NCBI GenBank assembly: GCA_024626585.2
Contig: JANKJI020000004.1
Coordinates: 159,938,430 to 159,958,069, forward strand
From: Ginkgo biloba
Taxonomy: Eukaryota; Plantae; Ginkgophyta
DNA length: 19,640 nucleotides
Direction of reading: 5' to 3'
Position 1 is the stretch's first letter; each line of letters opens with the position of its first letter. Made by a program: the position numbers and the translations under genes. The notes beneath the pieces were generated by a model, which had not been told where the DNA came from, did no database searches, and worked only from the letters and a program-made list of their open reading frames with translations. Of this stretch, positions 10,500 to 19,640 are shown in pieces.

Positions 10500-11330
10500 A
10501 CTGGTTGTGAGGATATATGTTTATTCATTAATGGTTTAGGAAGTGAAAGAGACAACTCAATGACTAGAGGAGGAGTAGGAGTATGTGAATCTTGAACATC
10601 TTCATTTTGAGATTATGCTCATGTTATGATCATAATATCCAAGGGATTATTGGATATTATTTTTATTAAAATAATGATTTTTCCCCCCTTTTTCTTCCCA
10701 TCTATTTTTGGGGCCTTTTAGGATGAAGATTCATAATCTAGATCAGGAGGAACCTTTGATCCATTAGTGACTTATTTATAATGAAACATCCTTCTAGATG
10801 ATTTTGGAGAACCTTTGTATTCCTCCTATTCCTCATAAGAGGAAGAATATTTGCATTGTAATTAATATTTCTTCTTCTTTGATTTATCTTTTCCTTTCTT
10901 ATTAGGTGTGTGATTTGGGAAAGGGTCCTAGTAATTTTCTACTCTTGATTAGTCTTAGATCTTGGGGCATCAAAACTAAAGAATCATCTTAAAATCCATT
11001 TAAGCATAAAATAAGACTTCTTGTTGTGTCAAATATATTTATTATAGTCATGCCACTTTGAGGAATTGTATGGGAGTTTTCTTATTTGGGCATAGGAGGA
11101 TTCTTTCATAGGTGACTTAGGATTCTTCTCTACCATATGAATAGTCTTTGTCTCCTTGTTAGAGGAGGTGGATATTTTAGATGAAGGTTTTTCAGTAGGA
11201 AAATTAGAATTAGAAGCACTAATGATAGTATTTTTGAGTTTCTTGATAACATACATGATAGGATCAAGTAGATGATCTTGGGTAAGTAGGGATTTTGAAT
11301 CAAAGACCCCATCATTTATAGAGTGTTTCT
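10500..11330 (-). pseudogene. gag C-terminal remnant of the Tat element
   Basis: YNSSKWHDYNKYI*HNKKSYFMLK (~11070-11000) resembles the Tat/Athila CX2HX4HX4C knuckle (KWCDYH..GH....C..LK), flanked by S/K/P-rich low-complexity coding sequence. Confidence 0.6.
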
Positions 11331-11430
11331 NNNNNNNNNNNNNNNNNNNNNNNNNNNNNNNNNNNNNNNNNNNNNNNNNNNNNNNNNNNNNNNNNNNNNN
11401 NNNNNNNNNNNNNNNNNNNNNNNNNNNNNN

Positions 11431-11558
11431 AATATCACTACTTTATTTCTTTCTACTTAAACCTTCCTTGTAGGTAGCTTGTTTTCACCTTGTAAGTTGA
11501 ATTTTATATTCTCATTCTTTCAATTAATATCTAAACACAGATCAACACTCCCTCTTTT
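11431..11558 (-). mobile_element. Copia-like 3' end: polypurine tract (11548-11558) and start of the 3' LTR (11547 leftward)
   Basis: Minus strand AAAAGAGGGAG|TGTTGATCTGTG, a typical Copia PPT-TGTTG junction; truncated by the gap at 11331-11430. Confidence 0.55.
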
Positions 11559-11689
11559 AGAGATAATGAACTCTATCATCTTCTCTTATACTCATTACTA
11601 TAAATGCCATGATATCTTTAAATTTTAACCCATAAGGTGTCTAATATACAACTTTCCTTTAATAAATANNNNNNNNNNCATCCTATTAA

Positions 11690-11960
11690 TGAGAAATAAT
11701 AATAGTCGACAATAAGAGACAAAATAAACTATCCTTCACAAAAATTCTTACATTCCACTAATCCATCCATTGGCAAACTGCAATCTAACCTTTGTGGGTC
11801 TTACATATGCAAACTTAGACTTTTTCCCATATGTATTTTTCTTAATCTATTATCATCTATATTTACCAACTTAACGGATAACATAAAATTTGCATTTGCT
11901 ACCCTAGGAATTCATTCATCGTGGACCATTAATAATGGATTTTACCTCTCTTAGTATAGC
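11690..11960 (-). pseudogene. Protease-region remnant of an Athila-like gypsy element
   Basis: YVRPTKVRLQFANGWISGM*EFL resembles LRPT...LQ(L/M)AD....P.G+L; it lies downstream of the Athila-like gag on the same strand. Confidence 0.45.
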
Positions 11961-12559
11961 CAACTGAATCCACTTGCTACAATATTTCATAATCTAACAT
12001 TGCAATTAGACTACAATAAGTTTTTAAGAAGAAATGATTTGCAATAAACTAAATGCAATAGCAAAGTCTAGTATATACTTGTCCACCATATGATATTTAC
12101 CAACAATGCTTGCCAGCTTATCTTTTATTCACTNNNNNNNNNNNNNNNNNNNNNNNNNNNNNNNNNNNNNNNNNNNNNNNNNNNNNNNNNNNNNNNNNNN
12201 NNNNNNNNNNNNNNNNNNNNNNNNNNNNNNNNNNNNNNNNNNNNNNNNNNNNNNNNNNNNNNNNNNNNNNNNNNNNNNNNNCTTCTTCCACTCCTTATTA
12301 TGACACCATCATCTTATTGAATTACCTAGTTAAACAATTACAATGCCCACTAAGTGTGTAGAATGTGTCCTAGGTGCTAGGATTTTGTCATGCTTTAGAT
12401 GTGATTATACCTCCTCTATACGCCAACCTTAATGGTTATTCCTCTTTAATGGAGTAGTATCTCTCACTATTGAAATTTTTTAGGTCTCATTATTTCTTCA
12501 AATATCATCCCTCTCATCTTNNNNNNNNNNNNNNNNNNTTCATGTAGATTATCTCTCTT

Positions 12560-12955
12560 TCAAAGATCTTTGCTTTTCTTATCTCTTAAGTTTATTTTTA
12601 TAAGAGATAAGGATGTTCCCTCCTTACATATTTATCAATAATTTTCATGCCACCCACAAACTATATTATTGTGCATATAGGAACTCATCACCATGTTTTA
12701 TTGCTTCTTCTTATTTAGGATTAAGTAATTATCCTCTTATAAACCAAACTACTGAATAGTTGTGCTGATAATGTGTTGTCTAATTACTTGTCTTAAATTG
12801 TCATAACTCTTGCAAAGTACTTTGAATTCAAATTGAAATACGTCAAGGTCCTCGTGGATCTTGCCATAAAATTATGGAATCAATGTTGATGGAATGTTAT
12901 TCATGGCATTAGTTCTAACTTCCTCCATGATTTTAATGGCAAAAACCATAGTCAA
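12560..12955 (-). pseudogene. gag N-terminal remnant of an Athila-like gypsy element
   Basis: From 12904: MNNIPSTLIP*FYGKIHEDLDVFQFEFKVLCKSYD, matching the LPxFxG...EDP..FL.EF..LC motif; later LLINM*GGNI. Confidence 0.75.
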
Positions 12956-13860
12956 GGGACTATTGTAATCTATTTCGGCATCATCATTCTCCATCGTAGT
13001 AGTAAGTTTTTATTCCAATGATTCTTTATTCATGTTGATCATATGAACAACAATGAATCGACCTTTGACATCCCTAGGTCAATTGTTCATTCATTGTGTA
13101 TACTTAGGACACCAATGGGTCCACTCACATGGAGTTAGTTTGAAATTGCAAGAAACAGACTAATTATAGTTTTACTGCAAGCTTGGGAGCACTTGAAACT
13201 AATGTATAAGTGGAATGAATGGAAAAATATGTTGTCAAATTAAATATACCATATCCTTCAATTATGGAATAGATACACAGTAGATATATTGACAAAGTAA
13301 TCTCCATTCAAATACTCACTATTGTGAGAAATGTTCACCGTCCCCAAAAATGACGATGAAATGGTTGTCTTCTTAGGTGGTCATTAATTATCAAATAAGG
13401 CAAGTATTTCCTTTAAAAAAATAATGGGAGATGGAATCCATAGTCTCACACTTCAAGAGTATTACAAAGAATATTTGTGTATATACTTAGCAATCTCTGG
13501 AGAAAAATAGCCATATGTCTAACTAGCTAGAAATCACAAAAAGAAAAGATTGTACACACACATGAATGAAGAAATGAAACATATAAAGGAAAAACAAAAG
13601 GAATGCAAACCCTTATGCAAATAGTGAGATAATCTCCTAGCTAAGTACTTTTTAAGATTTATGATTACTTGTCTTGTAGGATAATTTGGTGCCTAATTAC
13701 TTATCTTGGGTACCAACACTAAAGGTGACACCCATTATTTATCTAATATTGGAGATCACTNNNNNNNNNNNNNNNNNNNNNNNNNNNNNNNNNNNNNNNN
13801 NNNNNNNNNNNNNNNNNNNNNNNNNNNNNNNNNNNNNNNNNNNNNNNNNNNNNNNNNNNN

Positions 13861-14171
13861 GTGAAGGCCATAAACTCTCTGTTAAGGTTATGGACTAACT
13901 CAAATTGTATACCTTCTTTAGTCTAGAAATCCTGAATCCACTTTTTGAGCATAAGTTTAAGGGTGACCCTCCCAACAAAATAACCAACCAAAGTATGAGT
14001 AGAAAGCTGATGAATAGTTTCCTCAATCACATCATTTTCAAAAGCAAAAAAAGGCAGGGGCTTACCTCGTGGTAGACCTTGGGCACCAGCTTCCTCACCC
14101 TCTTTAGAGCCATCTCTCGTCCCAACAGCATGGCAAATAGACTCTTTCTCAAGAGAACTGTCAAAATGCAT
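13861..14171 (-). pseudogene. LINE (plant L1 clade) ORF1 N-terminus, DUF4283-like
   Basis: DVIEETIHQLSTHTLVGYFVGRVTLKLMLKKWIQDF*TKEGIQFELVHNLNREFMAF; the stop at 13923 falls at the expected conserved Trp. GC and CpG content are higher than in the flanks. Cut by the gap at 13761-13860. Confidence 0.8.
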
Positions 14172-14481
14172 TGTGAGAAAAGGGCCTATTTATTTATCAG
14201 AGATGAGAGCCAAGAAAAGCGGAAGCTAGACCGTCTAACCATAGAGAACAAACTTTGCGCACACGCTTTCAATGCACCACTACTATGCAATACCTCATGA
14301 CTGTACTAGCTGTCATTGTCAAATCTTCTAAAGCTCCACAACCATACTCTCAGAGCTCCAAGAACCGTTGACAATCAACCTTTTGATCGAGTGCAAAAAA
14401 TAAGAAATGGTCAGTGAATAAGTATACTCAACCCGAGACTATATATATCGTCGATGAATCTATCGTAGTAGATGTCATAGA

Positions 14482-14906
14482 TGTTAGGATTAAGTATCTA
14501 GGCTCACATAAGCGCATGCCAAAATAAGTATCCAATGTCTATGACAGAATTTGGCTCACCCCAAATTCTATAATTTTGACCTTTTGGTTCTAGTTGATGA
14601 GTAGATTAGAATAATTCTATTGTCATAGCTTGATATCTCTACGAGCAATATTCTACATAGAATCAATCTAACAAATCTATTATAGCATGGCATGGCCACA
14701 TAACTCGATAGCGCTACATCATATAGTAAACCACATAGCTGCAATAGTGAACCACAAATGCAAGCAATAGGAAAGTAGGAAGGCAACCAATGAATGCAAT
14801 ATAGGTAGTAGAAAAACATAAAAACTCTGTAGATAGAGGAGAAGTATTACCATCATCCAATACTAATAAGGCATGTTATTAAGCTCTGGTCCAACAATCT
14901 CCCTAG
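14482..14906 (-). mobile_element. Probable Copia-like 3' LTR (~415 bp, 14482-14896) with PPT (14897-14906)
   Basis: Minus strand CTAGGGAGAT|TGTTGGACC; the other end reads TGTTAGGA on plus, forming imperfect inverted termini. Non-coding; no partner LTR. Confidence 0.4.
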
Positions 14907-15879
14907 TTCAACATATCCCATAACAACGAACACACATGTAACATAATCTAGAATAGAAAGACAACAATGTAGGGATGAATATAGAGAATGGTACATGATA
15001 TTGGATTGAATCATGGGATATCAAGATGAGTATACATATAAGCGGTGATCTAGATTCATACATATGCACCCATAAATATATTTACACACATATCTGTTAT
15101 CAACTCGATGTTATTAGTTAATTCATGCAAATATTCGTGTCATTTGCATTTTATTTAATTTTTTTATTACTANNNNNNNNNNNNNNNNNNNNNNNNNNNN
15201 NNNNNNNNNNNNNNNNNNNNNNNNNNNNNNNNNNNNNNNNNNNNNNNNNNNNNNNNNNNNNNNNNNNNNNNNAACATATATTACATAAGATATCGTAAAA
15301 CTGGCATGACCTTGGTATTCCAAATAACTAATATGCTATGGTGTTGCTAATGATGTTCACCTAGTCAAACACTCTCCTTTTCTCATTAACTTGATAAATT
15401 GGATATATTATATAATGATATACCTTTGTTATATCTTTATCTATAAATAATTTACACAATAGGGATATTATATATTTGTATTCCCTTTCTAATTTCCATC
15501 CTATAGTAGGTTCTCTTAGAAGAGTTTGAGACTTACTCATTTAACCAAGAATTAATTCATTTAGTGATTTGAGAATAACCCTAGTAGAACTCTTTTGATT
15601 TATCAAATAATGACTACTCTTCATACATGGTAAATTCTAAAATTTTATGAAATAATTCAATATTTAAAGGAAAAAATACCTAATCTTCAATGGTGTACAC
15701 CATATTATTATCAGGGCCAAATATTTCTTCCATCTATTCTATAATTTACTGACAAGGAATCACCTCTATAATGACTATCACCTACACCAAGATAGATATT
15801 GATATCACATATACGTCTCTTTCCTCTCTTAACATATTATAAAAACCTTCATACATGATCTTAAAATTGTCTTGAAATG

Positions 15880-16500
15880 TATCCAAAGTATCCTGGATAT
15901 CCATCATTGGTGTAAATATATATGTGGTACCTCTCTATCCTACTATACCTCTCATAGTCATAATGGATACTCTAAACTCAAATGATGTTTGGATTTCATG
16001 AATCAGATGGAATTCTTCTACAATATCAACTCCACCTTTCTCTTCACTTCTTTGGAATACTTTACAGAGACTGAACACTTTCTTAAAAAATATAAAAAAT
16101 TGGCCAATTAATAGGCCACTTCCTTATTAATCAAAGCATGTTCATTTCACCACCCTAATCATTAACTATGCCTAGTGGTGATTACTTCATGTGAGATCTA
16201 GGAAAATCTTCCCCTCTAACATGCATGGGGTGTGTGAATCGATGATTGGATGAAATTATGACTCACCTTACATTAACACATCTCAATTAAAACCATTAGG
16301 TCCCATCAACTCTGCCTAGTGTTACCATAGATGTTCTAGGAAATGTCCTTATGGAGATAAGGAAAATGCTTCAGTCTGATTCATTATTGTGATCCCTAAT
16401 TACACTCTAATCTATAACTCTTTAGGTTTGTGGGACTCAAAGAAAGAGATTCTTCTCCATATCACACAAGGCTTAGTCCCCTCATCATAATAATTATCAT
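15880..16500 (+). pseudogene. Very decayed LINE ORF1-like remnant (DUF4283 plus downstream LPxEFW region)
   Basis: Across frameshifts: LKNIKNW, TMPSGDYF, VPSTLP / LP*MF* / NVLMEIRKML, FIIV, EILLHITQGLVPS. Order matches PVW+.LP.LP.EFW....L..IG..LG.F+.VD....D+..GLP. Confidence 0.4.
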
Positions 16501-17329
16501 TTCCTAGATTATGTGATGAAGCAAAATAAAAACAATTATTGACAAAGTTGTATAATTTACTTGGGTCCATAAGTTGGGTGGCTATTAGTGATTTTGAACT
16601 TTAAAGGCCTTAAATGCCCGAACTCTATTTTTCATGGACCTAATATTGCATTCAAAAGACTCAAATCATGAACTCAATTCCATGGGTGGTCTTTAGACTC
16701 CCAGGGTTTTCTAAGAAACTCTTTTTTTCTCACATTGTACTTTGAAACCCGTATTTTCTTCTAAATTGTTGTCTTCAAAAATACTTCATCAATAATGGTT
16801 TATGTTTAGTCCCAAGATTATTTACTGTAAAACTACCGCTTGAGATACAACAAAAAATTGAGGGTAGTCAACTACTAACTCCATGCAATGTCTTAACTAT
16901 TTCAACTTGCAACAACCAGAAAAGGTTAAGTAGAAAATCGCCAATGAGATTATTAGGATACGAACTTAATGATTAACTCTAAACTAGAAAAATTTGAATT
17001 TTCTCGATTGTATGGTGTGATCTTCTTTATTTCACTGGAAAGTTGATTTGATCCTTATTTTTATCTAATATACTTAGAATGTGATTTTATCCTTATAATA
17101 ACTATCTATATAAAAGTGGCCCATTTATGGGTCAATAAGTACCAAATAATTGAATGCATTACTAGCCCTTGAATGGGCCAAAGAGCCATATCAGTCAAGC
17201 CATAACCTTTATGGGTGAGATAAGAGTCACCCTAGAAAGGTCCTAACCATGGTTTATAACTCTTAAATGAGACAAGAAATAAAGGATAAAAAGTGGACAT
17301 CAACTTCCATAACCAAAAAAATGAGAAGC

Positions 17330-17746
17330 CTGCAGAGATGGTTGGTACCCTTTAACATGTCACGAAGACCAAAAAGTAGAGAAAGACCATCTCTAAAAAA
17401 CTCATAAGATATACAAAAGAATAAATTACATAGGCTCTTTGGCCCAATATGGCCAATGATGTTGAAATGTATATCTAAGTATGTGCACTCTGCAACATAT
17501 CTAAGGCGAGTAATAAAATGATTATCAAGTAGATGCCTATGCTTGTTCAAGATCTTGAAGAGCATCTCAATGGATGTTCTTCGTGGGATACCCACCACCC
17601 TAAAAGGAAATGACTTATCTTTTCATTATAATGAATAGGTGCAATAAGATGGCAATCATGATTCCCTATAAGAAGACAATCATAGGGCAATAAGTGACCA
17701 AGTTATTCTTCATCCATGTGTCAATACATTTGGGTTAACAACATCA
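17330..17746 (+). pseudogene. Chromovirus-type Ty3/gypsy integrase fragment 1
   Basis: KSISMDVLRGIPTTLKGND and NKMAIMIPYKKTIIGQ*VTKLFFIHVSIHLG match WESISMDF.GGLP...G.D and SKMA.LIPCKKT......LFF.HVW.HFGLP; decayed zinc-binding region upstream. Confidence 0.85.
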
Positions 17747-18297
17747 NNNNNNNNNNNNNNNNNNNNNNNNNNNNNNNNNNNNNNNNNNNNNNNNNNNNNN
17801 NNNNNNNNNNNNNNNNNNNNNNNNNNNNNNNNNNNNNNNNNNNNNNNNNNNNNNNNNNNNNNNNNNNNNNNNNNNNNNNNNNNNNNNNNNNNNNNNNNNN
17901 NNNNNNNNNNNNNNNNNNNNNNNNNNNNNNNNNNNNNNNNNNNNNNNNNNNNNNNNNNNNNNNNNNNNNNNNNNNNNNNNNNNNNNNNNNNNNNNNNNNN
18001 NNNNNNNNNNNNNNNNNNNNNNNNNNNNNNNNNNNNNNNNNNNNNNNNNNNNNNNNNNNNNNNNNNNNNNNNNNNNNNNNNNNNNNNNNNNNNNNNNNNN
18101 NNNNNNNNNNNNNNNNNNNNNNNNNNNNNNNNNNNNNNNNNNNNNNNNNNNNNNNNNNNNNNNNNNNNNNNNNNNNNNNNNNNNNNNNNNNNNNNNNNNN
18201 NNNNNNNNNNNNNNNNNNNNNNNNNNNNNNNNNNNNNNNNNNNNNNNNNNNNNNNNNNNNNNNNNNNNNNNNNNNNNNNNNNNNNNNNNNNNNNNNN

Positions 18298-19375
18298 TCA
18301 CCCACTATGCTTCAAACCCTTCCTATTCCTGAAAAAAAATAGGAAGAAATTTTTGTAGATTTATTATAGGGTTGTGATACTCATAAGAAAAAGACATGGA
18401 ATTTGTGGCCATTAATTGACTCATATAGTACACATATTTAATCAAATTCAATCAATGTACAAAGCACTACACATAATAGAAGTATTCATTAGAGAAATTC
18501 ATACACTTAATGAATTCTCTAAAAGAACAACACGCAACAAGGACACAAAATTTACAAACCACTTCTAATAGGAGTTGTTCAAATTAGCCACCACATAATT
18601 TAACATGAGTACAACATACCACCTGCCGATTGATGGACAAACCAATGTAGCAAACAAGTATCTCAAGGGATATGTTTGAGACTACATACAAGTCAAGCAA
18701 AACAAGCATATCAAATGGATTCATTTGGTGGAATATTGATGCAACACAACATACCCTATTGCAACTATGATGTTTCTCTCCATGGCCTTGTATGGTTACC
18801 CACTACCAATAGTGGAATTCTTAGACTAAGAATCAAAAGGTACAAGCAACAAAGGACACTTTTAAAGAAGCACAACAAATTGTTAATTCCATAAAAGGCA
18901 ATTTGAACATGACACAAAACAAGAGGAAACAAGCAAGGAATCAACACCATATAAAAATATTATTCTTAGTCAACAACATTGTATTTCTACAACTACAATC
19001 ATACAAACAATAATCCCTAAATAAAGGGAAACAAAAATTGTCTCCTTGATTTTATGGACTGTACATGATAAGATGAAAAATTAAAGAAGTTGCAATGCAT
19101 TAGACCTACCAAACAAAGGCAAGATTAGTGACATCTTCCACTTTTCATGCCTTAAGAAAAAGGTTGGCCAAATAGTAAAACCACAAATAGAGTTGTAGAT
19201 GTGTGATGAAGAAGAAAATCCAGTCCTAGAAGTGGAAAGAATTCCTGCCAAAGAAATAAAAACCTCAAAAGAAAACAAATTTACAACTACCTAATCAAAT
19301 GGAAGAACGCTCATCTAATGCCACTTGAGCTTACCAATGTTTTGAGGACAAAACATTTCAAGACGTAGAGCATCT
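18298..19375 (+). pseudogene. Chromovirus (Reina-like) integrase core, GPY/F region and chromodomain remnant (fragment 2)
   Basis: LQTLPIPEKK*EEIFVD; EVFIREIHTL; KFTNHF**ELFKL..NMSTTYHLPIDGQTNVANKYL; KLSP*FYGLY; LDLPNKGKISDIFHFSCLKKKVG; VERI..YLIKWKN..AT*..FEDKTFQ. Confidence 0.92.
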
Positions 19376-19640
19376 TGTGAACCTAAGTTATAACATAGGT
19401 GCACAAGACACAAAATGCCTAAAAGGTTACTTATCATAGCTTCAAAATGCATAAAAACAACTTATTTAGCCTAACCAAATAAGTTGGAATGAGAATGCCT
19501 TTACAAATAAGGCAATAAGCCATTTGGGGCAATTTTTTCAATTGAATCAATAGATGTCACTCATTGTCATGCAAGTCGTACTACAGTAGACTAAAAATAG
19601 GCTTGAGATTGCTCATTTTGATTATCAATAGAGATTCTTC
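19376..19640 (+). mobile_element. Probable start of the chromovirus 3' LTR
   Basis: TGTGAACC follows GAGGACAAAACATTTCAAGACGTAGAGCATCT, i.e. the EDK motif plus a decayed PPT overlapping the ORF end. Right boundary not determined. Confidence 0.55.

Noticed and set aside
11431-11547. Partner LTR for 2123-2415 or 14482-14896
   Set aside because: The sequences share only TGTTG, and the geometry is wrong for pairing with 2123-2415.
11740-11830. LQFANGWI as a pogo/CENP-B or B3 motif
   Set aside because: Better explained as the gypsy protease LQ(L/M)AD region downstream of a same-strand gag.
14079-14300. Plus-strand 73-aa ORF (and minus-strand 14568-14819)
   Set aside because: Antisense to the LINE 5' end, or within LTR-like DNA; no recognisable motif.
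16600-17260. RNase H of the first chromovirus fragment, or a caulimovirus-like RH
   Set aside because: Only faint motif echoes (FSIVWC, NALL); too degenerate to call.
17263-17598. 111-aa minus-strand ORF as a gene
   Set aside because: It is the antisense shadow of the plus-strand integrase remnant; the same applies to 18765-18950 and 19081-19278, and to the plus-strand ORFs 3771-3968 and 4803-5015 over the Tat pol.

Overview
AT-rich, CpG-poor eukaryotic DNA with 16 N-gaps (about 12% of the window). It looks like intergenic DNA from a large-genome plant; the element types suggest a gymnosperm (inference). I found no intact gene, RNA gene or CRISPR array. The window is a stack of decayed, nested retrotransposons. 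The backbone (~1-11330) is a minus-strand Ty3/gypsy Tat-clade element with the order gag-PR-(possible G-patch)-additional RNase H-long spacer-RT-RH-INT, i.e. a TatI/TatII-type layout, plus a probable antisense extra ORF in its 3' region. It is interrupted by a Copia-like 5' LTR + tRNA-iMet PBS and by a ~2.4-kb LTR-like insert with a 187-bp tandem duplication. To the right are a Copia-like 3' end, an Athila-like gag/protease remnant, two LINE ORF1 (DUF4283-like) remnants, another LTR/PPT, and two different chromovirus integrase fragments, one with a chromodomain and 3' LTR. All domain calls come from manual translation compared with remembered family motifs; no search was run. I cannot support a new functional biological system. 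The best leads are the Tat element's accessory parts: antisense ORF, aRH position, long repeat-bearing spacer and G-patch.
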